From contig CBDBEW010000005.1 in the NCBI GenBank assembly GCA_965204595.1, positions 742,565 through 806,564 of the forward strand: 64,000 bases of DNA, read 5' to 3'. Numbering within the stretch: position 1 is the stretch's first letter; every line of letters starts with the position of its first letter. A model generated the notes under the pieces. That model searched no databases. It was given only the letters and a program-made list of their open reading frames with translations, and had not been told where the DNA came from. Both the position numbers and the translations under genes were made by a program. Positions 1-8,213 of this stretch are shown here, piece after piece. This DNA comes from Candidatus Aldehydirespiratoraceae bacterium. GTDB lineage: Bacteria; Actinomycetota; Acidimicrobiia; Acidimicrobiales; Aldehydirespiratoraceae.

Positions 1-1347
1 TTTGTTGATTCCGTTGTCAGCCGAACCCACGACATGCACCTTGTTTCCGATGTTTGTGATGCCGTTGGCGTGGTCGTTGCGTGCGCCGATGATCGTGCCG
101 ATCGAACCGAATGTTGCGTCCAAAGCTCCGGTCGCCGTGTAGCGTGCCAGCGAGTAATGCGTACCGCCCCCGGTCACCACCAACTTGTCGTCATCTTGTT
201 GCATCATCGCGTTGATGATGTGGTTCCCTGGCCCCAAGTCTGTTGATACTGTACCGTTGGTGCCGAAAGCCGTGTCCAATGCGCCGGTCGCTGTGTAGCC
301 GACTAGAGTGAACGCTCCGAATCCGAAGCTACTGTTTTTGTCGCTCCCGCCGGCCACGACAATTTTGTCGCCGCTGGTGACCACCAGCGCGTTGGCTTCG
401 TCCTGGCCGCTCGTGATGCCGGTGATCACCTTTCCACCAGATCCGAACGTGGCGTCGAGCACGCCGGCCGACGTGTAGCGGGCAACCGCGAAGCTCCCGT
501 TGCTCGTGCCTGCGACAATGATTCTGCCCTGGGAGTCGATCGCAACGGCGTTGCCTTCATCAGTGGTGTTCGAACCGATGTCCGTCGTTAGTTTTCCTCC
601 TGTACCGAAGTCGGTGTCGAGGGCTCCTATAGAGGTGTAGCGAGCTAGGGCGAAATCGGAATTGCTAGTTCCAGCGACCACGATGTTCTTGGAGGAGTCC
701 ACCGCTACGGCATTAGCAGTGTCGTCAGTACTCGAGCCTATGTCTGTGAACACAAAGTCAGATAACTCATCGCCGAAATACGTGTCGACGAAACCGTTTG
801 TTTTTAGCATGACTACGGCGAAATCGCGACTCCCAACGGCACCGCGCGATCCAGCTATTACGAGCCTTTCCTCTACTTCTGTGGTTTGAGGATCTCTATC
901 GGGATCAAACTCGGCAACAACGACCGCGTTGGCGCGTTCGTCAGTTGAAGGGGGTCTGGGGTGCATGATGAAAGTGTTGAGATCAAGTTGCTGTTGACCC
1001 CTATTGGCAAAACCTAACCCTTGCAGCGCGTCCGTTTCGTCGTTAAGCGGATCGCCATTCAAGTCGTAGGCCAAGATCAGCATATCCTCGTCTGTTCCAT
1101 TATGGGTATAGCCGACCGCATACGTGTAAGTCTCGCCGGCCCAGTCTGCGGTGCTGACCGCCATCATCTCCTCGTCGCCCGCGCCGACCCCGAGGATCGT
1201 CATGCCGGCCGGAGCGAAACTAGCGTCGAGAGAACCCGCCGCCGCGCCCTGGGTCTGCGCCGACGCGACGTCGTGGGTGGCCGACGGAACGAGAAGACCC
1301 GCCGTCAACGCCACCACCGACAGCAGACCCGCCCGCGACAGCCTCAT
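1..1347 (-). CDS. Secreted delta-60 / beta-propeller repeat protein (3' end runs off the window)
   Basis: Absent from the ORF track because it leaves the window. Reverse translation from the ATG at 1347-1345 gives MRLSRAGLLSVVALTAGLLVPSATHDVASAQ (signal peptide). Repeated ~55-60 aa units of the form ..Y(T/S)..G.LD..FG..G.. follow, e.g. ARYTSAGVLDATFGSGGKV, GYTATGALDTAFGTNGTV, ARYTATGALDATFGSIGTI. Confidence 0.75.
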   Translation of the reverse strand, partial: MRLSRAGLLSVVALTAGLLVPSATHDVASAQTQGAAAGSLDASFAPAGMTILGVGAGDEEMMAVSTADWAGETYTYAVGYTHNGTDEDMLILAYDLNGDPLNDETDALQGLGFANRGQQQLDLNTFIMHPRPPSTDERANAVVVAEFDPDRDPQTTEVEERLVIAGSRGAVGSRDFAVVMLKTNGFVDTYFGDELSDFVFTDIGSSTDDTANAVAVDSSKNIVVAGTSNSDFALARYTSIGALDTDFGTGGKLTTDIGSNTTDEGNAVAIDSQGRIIVAGTSNGSFAVARYTSAGVLDATFGSGGKVITGITSGQDEANALVVTSGDKIVVAGGSDKNSSFGFGAFTLVGYTATGALDTAFGTNGTVSTDLGPGNHIINAMMQQDDDKLVVTGGGTHYSLARYTATGALDATFGSIGTIIGARNDHANGITNIGNKVHVVGSADNGINK

Positions 1348-1364
1348 GCAACGGACCTAGCTCT

Positions 1365-1380
1365 GGGGGGGGGGGGGGGG
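1365..1380. repeat. G16 homopolymer (C16 on the strand of the downstream gene)
   Basis: Counted directly: G at 1365-1380. It lies 17 nt upstream of the minus-strand ATG at 1347 and just downstream of an AT-rich stretch (1390-1500). Confidence 0.95.
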
Positions 1381-1543
1381 TGGTTCGCAAATCCCTAGCA
1401 GCCACAATTAGGGTATTTATGATTAGAGAACCGTTGCTCATGTTCGCGATCATAATAGAGTATTTGCTGTCTCGCAAGAATCACACTTGCAAATATTCCG
1501 GTGTGTGGGTTGTCGGCTGAACTGCGTGTGTGGGTCTGAGCGT

Positions 1544-3175
1544 CTAGTAGTCGCAGATAGACGGTGCTGGATCGGGGACGAGAACCCCCTCGGCATTGAT
1601 GCGTCCGCCGACAGTACGCGCTGACACCTCGTTGAAGACTAACTTGGCGGTCCGAGGATCGGCAGGAGCAGCGACACCGCCGGGGAGTACCACCGGGATT
1701 AAGCGGATCTGTTCAATCGATTCGCCGATGGTCACTTCAAACACCGCAGAACGAGATCTACGGAATCCGCCGTTCTGGAAGGCCAGGTTCCCGGTTGACC
1801 ACAGCACCGCGGCACCGTCGATCACTTCGACACCTTGCAGTTGATGGGGGTGCGAGATCGAGACGACATCGGCACCGAAATTTATCCAGGTAGTGACGAT
1901 CTGGCGTTGTCGGGTTGTCGGGCAGTCTGTCAACTCCCAACCTGAATGCAGCATCACAACCGTCAGGTCCGCAGCGGCAGCCGCTGTTGTGATCGCTTGC
2001 AAAGCATGCATTGCGAAACGGTCGCATGCCCACGCGACACCGATCCGTTCGGCGGTGGGGGAGTTGGCCCACCCGCAAGGCAGTGTGGTCAGCGACACCA
2101 CGCCGATCACCCAACCCTCCACCTCAACGAATACCGGCTCGTAAGCCTGTTGCTGGGTTTCTCCCGCACCGGTCCCCACTAGCGGCGACTCGTTGATCAA
2201 ACGACTTGTGGAAGCCGCCCCGCGCGGCCCGAAGTCCCAGGTGTGGTTGTTGGCCATGCCCAGCACGTCGATGCCTGAGTCCACTATCTGGTCGATGGCT
2301 TCGGGTGGGGACAGAAAATTGAACCTCTTGTTGATCGGTGGCGGTCCGACCTCCGCTCGGGTCCCTACCACGGTCTCAAGGTTGGCGAACATGAGGTCGG
2401 GGGCTGAGAGGATGTCGGTTATCTTCACGAGCATTCCCCACGGGATCTGATAATCGAGTAGCTGTAGATCACCGCCAAATCCCAGCGTCAACTTCGCTGC
2501 CATGCAGCGTGGACTATTCGGATCCAGCTCAACTGCGGGGCTGCCGTGATAGCGATACAGAAAGCCGGCGACCTGACCGCGCGTCACCTCTTGGTCTGGG
2601 GCGAAGGCAGTGGGGGAGGTGCCCGCTGCGATCGATGCCGCCACCAGCCAGGAAACTGGTTGTTGCTGGTACGGTGCAGTCACATCGGCGAACCGATGCT
2701 GTGGAGCCGGGGGTTGCCCGGCGAGCCGGTGCAGCATCGTTGCTAATTCTCCCTTCGTCACCAACTCGTCGGGTGAGAACGTGGTTGAACTCGTACCTCT
2801 CGTGATGCCGGTGTCTGCCATCCAAGAGACAGGCGACTGCTGCCACGGCGCGGTTACATCGGTGAACTTGTGCGTGGGCGCGAACGGTTTTCGTTGCATC
2901 CGCCACAGCAAAGTCGCCGCCTGACCACGGGTGACCGGCCTGTCAGGAGAGAAACACACTTCGGAAGTTCCTGCGGTGATGTTTTTGTCGACCATCCACT
3001 GCACGGCTTTGGCGAAGTCGCGATCGCGGTCGACATCGCCGAAGCCGGCGACACCGCTCGCTGGTTTCGGGTTGAGCGGCACGACCGCTATCAGCAACGC
3101 TGTCAAGGTGGCAACCGCGATCCATGGAGCGGATCTGCTGCGGCCAGAGTTGTGCGTGGAGCAGCCCAAGGTCAC
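1544..3175 (-). CDS. SLH-domain envelope protein with C-terminal CapA/PGA_cap metallophosphatase-like domain
   Basis: 543-aa ORF. N-terminal hydrophobic signal, then three SLH-like repeats (F.DV....W....V.W....GIT.G.S...F.P...VT(R/K)G..A..L.R). C-terminal CapA-type motifs MANNHTWDFG and SISHPHQLQG. Confidence 0.8.
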   Translation of the reverse strand: MTLGCSTHNSGRSRSAPWIAVATLTALLIAVVPLNPKPASGVAGFGDVDRDRDFAKAVQWMVDKNITAGTSEVCFSPDRPVTRGQAATLLWRMQRKPFAPTHKFTDVTAPWQQSPVSWMADTGITRGTSSTTFSPDELVTKGELATMLHRLAGQPPAPQHRFADVTAPYQQQPVSWLVAASIAAGTSPTAFAPDQEVTRGQVAGFLYRYHGSPAVELDPNSPRCMAAKLTLGFGGDLQLLDYQIPWGMLVKITDILSAPDLMFANLETVVGTRAEVGPPPINKRFNFLSPPEAIDQIVDSGIDVLGMANNHTWDFGPRGAASTSRLINESPLVGTGAGETQQQAYEPVFVEVEGWVIGVVSLTTLPCGWANSPTAERIGVAWACDRFAMHALQAITTAAAAADLTVVMLHSGWELTDCPTTRQRQIVTTWINFGADVVSISHPHQLQGVEVIDGAAVLWSTGNLAFQNGGFRRSRSAVFEVTIGESIEQIRLIPVVLPGGVAAPADPRTAKLVFNEVSARTVGGRINAEGVLVPDPAPSICDY

Positions 3176-3184
3176 AGACGCATC

Positions 3185-4627
3185 CTAGAGTGTTTGAGTG
3201 GTACCCATGTGTGTCTGCGGGGTCGTCGACTGGGACTGGGTTGAACTCCCTGCTCGGTTGGCCTGTGAAGTCGCAGCGGCGAAGCTGTGAAGGAACGCCG
3301 CCGCAGTGCAACGTGTGGTCTTAGTCTCCGGCAAGAATAGGGGCAAAGCACCATCTCGGCCTGCGCTCGCGGTGTCACTCGTGCTGAGAACGGTGATACC
3401 GCTCTCAGCAGCCCAACTAATCGCTTCCGCCGCGAAACTCGATGCCTTCACGTCGCCAAACACTCGCTCGTCGCTCGTCGGTCGTGGCCGCGAAGCGGCC
3501 CTCCACAGCAAGGTCACGAACTCTCCTCTGGAGATCGGCTGAGCGGGATTGAAAGTAGTTCGTGAGGTTCCGGTCGTCACACCCTGTGAGAACATCCACT
3601 GCACTGAGCGAAAGTAGTAGGAGTCCGCTGGCACGTCTCGGAACAAGATGTTGGTTTCAACGGTGGGTTCTCCGAAGTACCGCCAGAGTAGGGTCGCCGC
3701 TTGAGCACGGGTCAGTTGCGCCGTGCCGCAGAAGCGGTTCGGTCCGCATCCGTTGGTGATCCCCTCGGCGTGGAGCCAATCGACATGCTTGCGGAACTGA
3801 GAACCTAGCGTGTCACAGAACGGGTCCTCTGCTGTGGGTTGGTGGGCCGCGCAGACAATGTTAGTGACACCGATCCACACGAACTCCCAAGGTTCGGGGT
3901 TGGGTCCGGTCGGTCTGCTCCCCGCCGGGTAGCTTGGAACCCAGCCGTGAGCTTTGGCGTTGGCGAAATTGTCGGCGGACAGCCAGCGGTAGGAGGCGGT
4001 GCTTCCGAAGTCGTTGAAGTCGCCTCTCCCTTCGGCGATGTCAAGTGTGTAGCCGGTGTGGTGCCGCGAGTAGCCTGGTGGCGCGACCAGCCTCAAAGCC
4101 CCGTTGAGGGCTGCTGTCGAAGTACCCCGGTAGTGCTTGTGAAACACTCGTCGCTGCGAGGCGTGGCTCCGGTAGGAGGATCGTATAGTGATGTCCAATC
4201 CCGCTTGGTGAGCAGCGGTTTTCAACGATTCCCAACCCGCTGCCGCTTCGGGTTGCAGTCTGTGATGTCCGACTGCGACTAAGGGCCGGTTCGGCGTGGG
4301 TTGCCGTCTGTATCCGCGGCTTATCGCAGCCTGTCTGATCCTTGTGTCCGAGGCCGTGTGCGCGGTGATGGTCGGTGCCTCGGTGAGATCGGCTAATCCG
4401 TCGAGGTACGCCTTTTCGATCGCGTCGAGGAACTCATCTGGAGAGAGGACGGTTCCGGTGGCGGCTTCGATCATTGCGTCGTTGTTGGTCGCGGAAGTTG
4501 AGGCCGCTGCCTGTTGTGTCGCATGTGCGATTATTGCACAGAGCACCGCGATCGCGCAGAGAACTCGTCGTCTTTGCGAGTCTCTCAGTCTAAGTTTGGG
4601 CGGATCGTCTAGTAGCACGTGTGCCAA
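3185..4627 (-). CDS. M15B (VanY-like) D-Ala-D-Ala carboxypeptidase fused to C-terminal SLH domains
   Basis: 480-aa ORF. Motifs SSYRSHASQRRVF, PGYSRHHTGYTLDI and HGWVPSYP...EPWEF are typical of the VanY/M15B family. Three SLH-like repeats follow (HVDWLHAEGITNGC.., FRSVQWMFSQGVTTGTS.., AAEAISWAAESGIT). Confidence 0.8.
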   Translation of the reverse strand: MAHVLLDDPPKLRLRDSQRRRVLCAIAVLCAIIAHATQQAAASTSATNNDAMIEAATGTVLSPDEFLDAIEKAYLDGLADLTEAPTITAHTASDTRIRQAAISRGYRRQPTPNRPLVAVGHHRLQPEAAAGWESLKTAAHQAGLDITIRSSYRSHASQRRVFHKHYRGTSTAALNGALRLVAPPGYSRHHTGYTLDIAEGRGDFNDFGSTASYRWLSADNFANAKAHGWVPSYPAGSRPTGPNPEPWEFVWIGVTNIVCAAHQPTAEDPFCDTLGSQFRKHVDWLHAEGITNGCGPNRFCGTAQLTRAQAATLLWRYFGEPTVETNILFRDVPADSYYFRSVQWMFSQGVTTGTSRTTFNPAQPISRGEFVTLLWRAASRPRPTSDERVFGDVKASSFAAEAISWAAESGITVLSTSDTASAGRDGALPLFLPETKTTRCTAAAFLHSFAAATSQANRAGSSTQSQSTTPQTHMGTTQTL

Positions 4628-4686
4628 GGTTACTTGCTTGGTCCATCCCTATAAGGGTGCAGACGCTCAAAGTTGGTGGACTCTCC

Positions 4687-6192
4687 TTAAATTCTGTGAC
4701 TTGCTTGGTGCTTCAGCGAAGTCTCAACGCTGCTGAATGCGTTGGCAGCGTTATACACAGGCGTGTAGTCCCAAGAGTAGTGGTCGTCGATGGTCATTGC
4801 CGTGTGCAGCACGCGGCGGGTGCGTTGGGATTCCAAAACCCGTTGGTGGATGCCTTTGATGTCCCAACGCTGCGCTGTTTCAGCGGCGAAACTAGCGGAC
4901 ATCTTGGTGTGGGCTGGGTCGGCGGCGAGGTTGGTGCGTTCGAGTGGGTCGGTCTCCACATCGTAGAGCAGCGGCGGGTCGGTGTCGCAGTGGATATACT
5001 TGTATCGCCCTCGGCGAATCATGAACATCGGATGCGATGTCATCTCGCCGGTGTACTCGGCGATGGTCTCGTTGACGGGGTCGTGACCTCCGCTTGCGCT
5101 CTCCCAGAGGCTGCGCCCGTCTAGCGGCACCACTGGTTCGACCCGCCCCTTGCCGCAGTAGTCGCCTGCGATGTCGAGCAGCGTGGGCAGCAGGTCAAGC
5201 AAGGAGCAGGCGTTACCCACAGTGCGGTTAGCCACGCCAGGACCAGCGATTACCAGTGGTACCCGCAAGGACCGTTCGAAGAAGTTCATCTTGAACCACA
5301 AGCCGCGGTCACCGAGCATGTCTCCGTGGTCGCTGGTGGCGATGACTATGGTGTTGACGAGTTGGCCGGTCTCTTCGAGGACTGCGAGCATTCGTCCGAG
5401 CAGCGAGTCGAAGTAGCTCGTGTTGGCGTAGTAAGCGTGGCGTGCGTTGAGGCATTGGTCTTCGGTGTAGCCGACGGTGGCGGCGCAGATACCACGGCGG
5501 ATTCGCAGCGTGTGCGGGTCGGGCGAGTCGAGTGTGTCGTCGGGCAAGTCGATGTTGTCGTGGTCGTAGAGGTTCCACCATTCAGGGCGAGCCACATAGG
5601 GGTCGTGCGGATGAATCAGTGCCGCCGCCATAAACCAAGGTCGCTCGTCGCTGCTGCGGGCGAAGTCGTAGAGTTGGCGCGTGGCGGAGAATGCTACTTC
5701 GTTGTCGTAGGCGATATGGTCTGTTGCCAGTGCTTGACCGGCTTCTGCGAGGCTGTTCATGTTGTGGTACCACTTGTTGATATGCATGTCGGGTGCGTCC
5801 CAGTCGGGAGTCCAGGCGAAATCAGCTGGGTAGATGTCGGTGTTGAGCCGATGCGTGAAGCCGTGGAGCTGGTCTGGCCCGATGAAGTGCATCCTGCCTG
5901 CTAGCACGGTGCGGTATCCGGCGAGGTTGAGGTAGTGCGCCAGGGTCGGCACCCGTGCCGGGAACTCCGCGGCGTTGTCCCAGGCCTCTATGTCTGTGGC
6001 CCGCCGGCCTGCCAGCATAGAGAACCTCGACGGGGCGCACAGCGGGACGTGGCAGTACGCTGCGTCGAAGCGGGTCCCCCGTTCGGCGATGGCATCCATC
6101 GCCGGCGTGTGCACCAAGTGATGGCCGTAGGTGCCAGTGAAGTGCGGTGCCAGCTGGTCCGCCATCACCATCAAAATGTTGGGCTGTGCCAT
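4687..6192 (-). CDS. betC: Choline-sulfatase family sulfatase (paralogue 1)
   Basis: 501 aa. NILMVMADQL, sulfatase signature PLCAPSRFSMLAGR (C-x-P-x-R), GPDQLHGF, TDIYPADF.WTPDW, SDHGDMLGDRGLWFKMNFFE and MIRRGRYKY match the choline-sulfatase pattern along the full length. Confidence 0.8.
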   Translation of the reverse strand: MAQPNILMVMADQLAPHFTGTYGHHLVHTPAMDAIAERGTRFDAAYCHVPLCAPSRFSMLAGRRATDIEAWDNAAEFPARVPTLAHYLNLAGYRTVLAGRMHFIGPDQLHGFTHRLNTDIYPADFAWTPDWDAPDMHINKWYHNMNSLAEAGQALATDHIAYDNEVAFSATRQLYDFARSSDERPWFMAAALIHPHDPYVARPEWWNLYDHDNIDLPDDTLDSPDPHTLRIRRGICAATVGYTEDQCLNARHAYYANTSYFDSLLGRMLAVLEETGQLVNTIVIATSDHGDMLGDRGLWFKMNFFERSLRVPLVIAGPGVANRTVGNACSLLDLLPTLLDIAGDYCGKGRVEPVVPLDGRSLWESASGGHDPVNETIAEYTGEMTSHPMFMIRRGRYKYIHCDTDPPLLYDVETDPLERTNLAADPAHTKMSASFAAETAQRWDIKGIHQRVLESQRTRRVLHTAMTIDDHYSWDYTPVYNAANAFSSVETSLKHQASHRI

Positions 6193-6535
6193 AGGTCACA
6201 AGTATAGCGAACGCAGCTCGACAGCTCTCACCAACCGCTGCAAGTTCTGTGAGGTAATAACAATAAACAATTGAGCCTGCGTGTAAACGTGGGGAGCAGG
6301 GTGAGTGTGGGTTTGGCGTGTGAATGTGGGTGGAACAGACTTAGCGAATTGGTATCGATGGCGTGTGGGAATTCGATGGCATCAAGTTCAACAATTCGAA
6401 AAGTGTGCAGTGACCTTCGTGATTCTTGAGTCTAGAGTTGACAGCGTTCTGTTAGATTCGGATAGGTGTAATGCGGGGTTGCCGCACCGACGACAAAGAG
6501 CCGTCGGTGCGTGCGGTGCGTTCGGGTAGGTGGGG

Positions 6536-6940
6536 TTAGGGAGATGTGGTCGCAGCGATCGGTTCGGAGTCTATGTTTCGCCTGCCGAAAACGGCACCTT
6601 CAAGGGTGCTAATGCGCTCGCCATGTTGCATCATGTGCTGGAGTTTGTCGCCGTGTTCTTGTTGTGTCGCGGCCATTGCGGCCACGGTGACTTTCAAGGC
6701 GGTGACCTCCATGCCAAGCTTGTCAACCTTCGCTTCGAGTTTATCGATCCGGTTGGTAAGGTCGGTTTCGAGTTTATCGATCCGGTTGGTAAGGTCGGTT
6801 TCGAGTTTGTCTATTTTGGTGCCTAGGTCGTTGATGAGGTGCTTCATGCCGTCGACTAGGTGCTTCATAAAGTAGCCGAATCCTGCGAGGATGCCGGTTC
6901 CTAGTACGGTGATGATCGTTGCGATCAAGGTTATCTCCAT
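6536..6940 (-). CDS. Small membrane-anchored coiled-coil protein, paralogue 1 (two extra 11-aa repeat units)
   Basis: 134 aa. N-terminal TM helix MEITLIATIITVLGTGILAGFGYF. Then KIDKLE-TDLTNRIDKLE-TDLTNRIDKLE-AKVDKLG heptad/hendecad repeats and a conserved tail ..ERISTLEGAVFGRR... AAAGGA-type RBS upstream. No family recognised. Confidence 0.7.
   Translation of the reverse strand: MEITLIATIITVLGTGILAGFGYFMKHLVDGMKHLINDLGTKIDKLETDLTNRIDKLETDLTNRIDKLEAKVDKLGMEVTALKVTVAAMAATQQEHGDKLQHMMQHGERISTLEGAVFGRRNIDSEPIAATTSP
6735..6800. repeat. Perfect 2 x 33-bp in-frame tandem repeat inside coiled-coil gene 1
   Basis: tcgagtttatcgatccggttggtaaggtcggtt occurs at 6735-6767 and again at 6768-6800. Paralogue 2 has one diverged unit and paralogue 3 has none. 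Confidence 0.95.
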
Positions 6941-7121
6941 TGCTTATCCTTTCGTGATCCTAACACGCCTCCGCCGTGGCGGCACGATTAGGAATTGGTT
7001 TATTTTAATTTAAGATACACCAAATGTTATTAGATAACAACACACAGTTTGTTTAATCGGTGCGAAATCACTTCTCAAACGAGTTTCGAACGAGTGCATC
7101 GTGGTGGCAACGGCACAAAGT

Positions 7122-7325
7122 GCCTCTTCGCGTTTTAGGGTGGGGTGAGGATGTTGAGGAGGTTCCAGTTAGGTTTGCCGGCGTGGAGGAGTGCTCGGAT
7201 TCTGTAGATGCTGAAGTTGATGAATCGCCAAGGCTGCGCGTTTGACGCGTTTGATCAAGTTGTTGGCCGCTTCGGTGGTGGTGTTGGTGACGCGGGCGAC
7301 ATGCCAGTTGGTGATCTGAGTGAGT
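7122..7325 (-). mobile_element. ISL3-family IS remnant (3' end of transposase plus terminal repeat)
   Basis: Reverse translation gives ..ITNWHVARVTNTTTEAANNLIKRVKRAA, then after one frameshift FINFSIYRIRALLHAGKPNWNLLNILTPP* (stop at 7135-7137). This is the characteristic ISL3 transposase C-terminus. gcctcttcgcg just outside the stop resembles an ISL3 terminal repeat. Confidence 0.65.
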
Positions 7326-7330
7326 TAACG

Positions 7331-7575
7331 GTTGATCGACACGAACGTGGTGTTGGAGTTGGACGCGCCCGCTCCAGAGCCTCGCGTTGTTGTGTTTCTT
7401 CGATCCAGTGGCGACCTTTGGATTTCGGTGATCGTCATTCATGAACTGTACTGCGGTCTGAGGCAGTTTCCGTCGGGTCGTCGTCGTGACCAACTCACCG
7501 ACACCTTGTCGGTGTTTTTAGGCGAGTACGCCGATCGTATTCTCCCGGTTGGACTCAGCGAGGCTGACCGGGCTG
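7331..7575 (+). pseudogene. vapC: vapC (PIN toxin) 5' fragment, copy 3
   Basis: Translates LIDTNVVLELDAPAPEPRVVVFLRSSGDLWISVIVIHELYCGLRQFPSGRRRDQLTDTLSVFLGEYADRILPVGLSEADRA. This is collinear with VapC at 18393-18845. It lacks the first codons and the partner antitoxin (ISL3 remnant on the left). It ends abruptly where repeat unit B begins. Confidence 0.8.
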
Positions 7576-7598
7576 TAATGCGTTTGGGTAGGTGGGGG

Positions 7599-7964
7599 TT
7601 AAGGAGTTGTGGTCGCAGCGATCGGTTCGGTGTTTCGCCTGCCGAAAACGGCACCTTCAAGGGTGCTAATGCGCTCGCCATGTTGCATCATGTGCTGGAG
7701 TTTGTCGCCGTGTTCTTGTTGTGTCGCGGCCATTGCGGCCACGCTGACTTTCAAGGCGGTGACCTCCATGCCAAGCTTGTCAACCTTCGCTTCAAGTTTA
7801 TCGATCCGGGTGGTAAGCTCGGTTTCGAGTTTGTCTATTTTGGTGCCTAGGTCGTTGATGAGGTGTTTCATGCCGTCGACTAGGTGCTTCATAAAGTAGC
7901 CGAATCCTGCGAGGATGCCGGTTCCTAGTACGGTGATGATCGTTGCGATCAAGGTTATCTCCAT
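7599..7964 (-). CDS. Small membrane-anchored coiled-coil protein, paralogue 2 (one extra repeat unit)
   Basis: 121 aa. Same N-terminus and tail as 6536-6940 but only KIDKLE-TELTTRIDKLE-AKVDKLG. Confidence 0.7.
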   Translation of the reverse strand: MEITLIATIITVLGTGILAGFGYFMKHLVDGMKHLINDLGTKIDKLETELTTRIDKLEAKVDKLGMEVTALKVSVAAMAATQQEHGDKLQHMMQHGERISTLEGAVFGRRNTEPIAATTTP

Positions 7965-8213
7965 TGCTTATCCTTTCGTGATCCTAACACGCCTCCGCCG
8001 TGGCGGCACGATTAGGAATTGGTTTATTTTAATTTAAGATACACCAAATGTTATTAGATAACAACACACAGTTTGTTTATGAGGTGCGAAATCACTTCTC
8101 AAAGGAGTCTTGAACGAGTGCATCGTGGTGGCAACGGCATCAAGTTCTTTACAAGGAAGGTTCATTTTAAACTCGAACGGTGGCGTTGATGTGCTTTTGT
8201 GATCCAAACACGA

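Larger units (their letters stand above)
6518..7115 (-). repeat. Segmental repeat unit A (truncated): coiled-coil gene plus conserved AT-rich leader
   Basis: Near-identical by eye to 7580-8100 and 13684-14170. It begins at gc(g/t)tt(c/t)gggtaggtgggg, 17-18 nt past the coiled-coil stop codon. It is cut off at about 7115 by the ISL3 remnant. Confidence 0.85.

Noticed and set aside
6518-8100. CRISPR array or integron cassette array as an explanation for the repeated blocks
   Set aside because: The repeats are 0.6-1.8-kb protein-coding duplications, not 25-40-bp direct repeats with unique spacers. There are no cas genes, no integron integrase, and only two copies of the hairpin motif. No CRISPR array was seen anywhere in the window.
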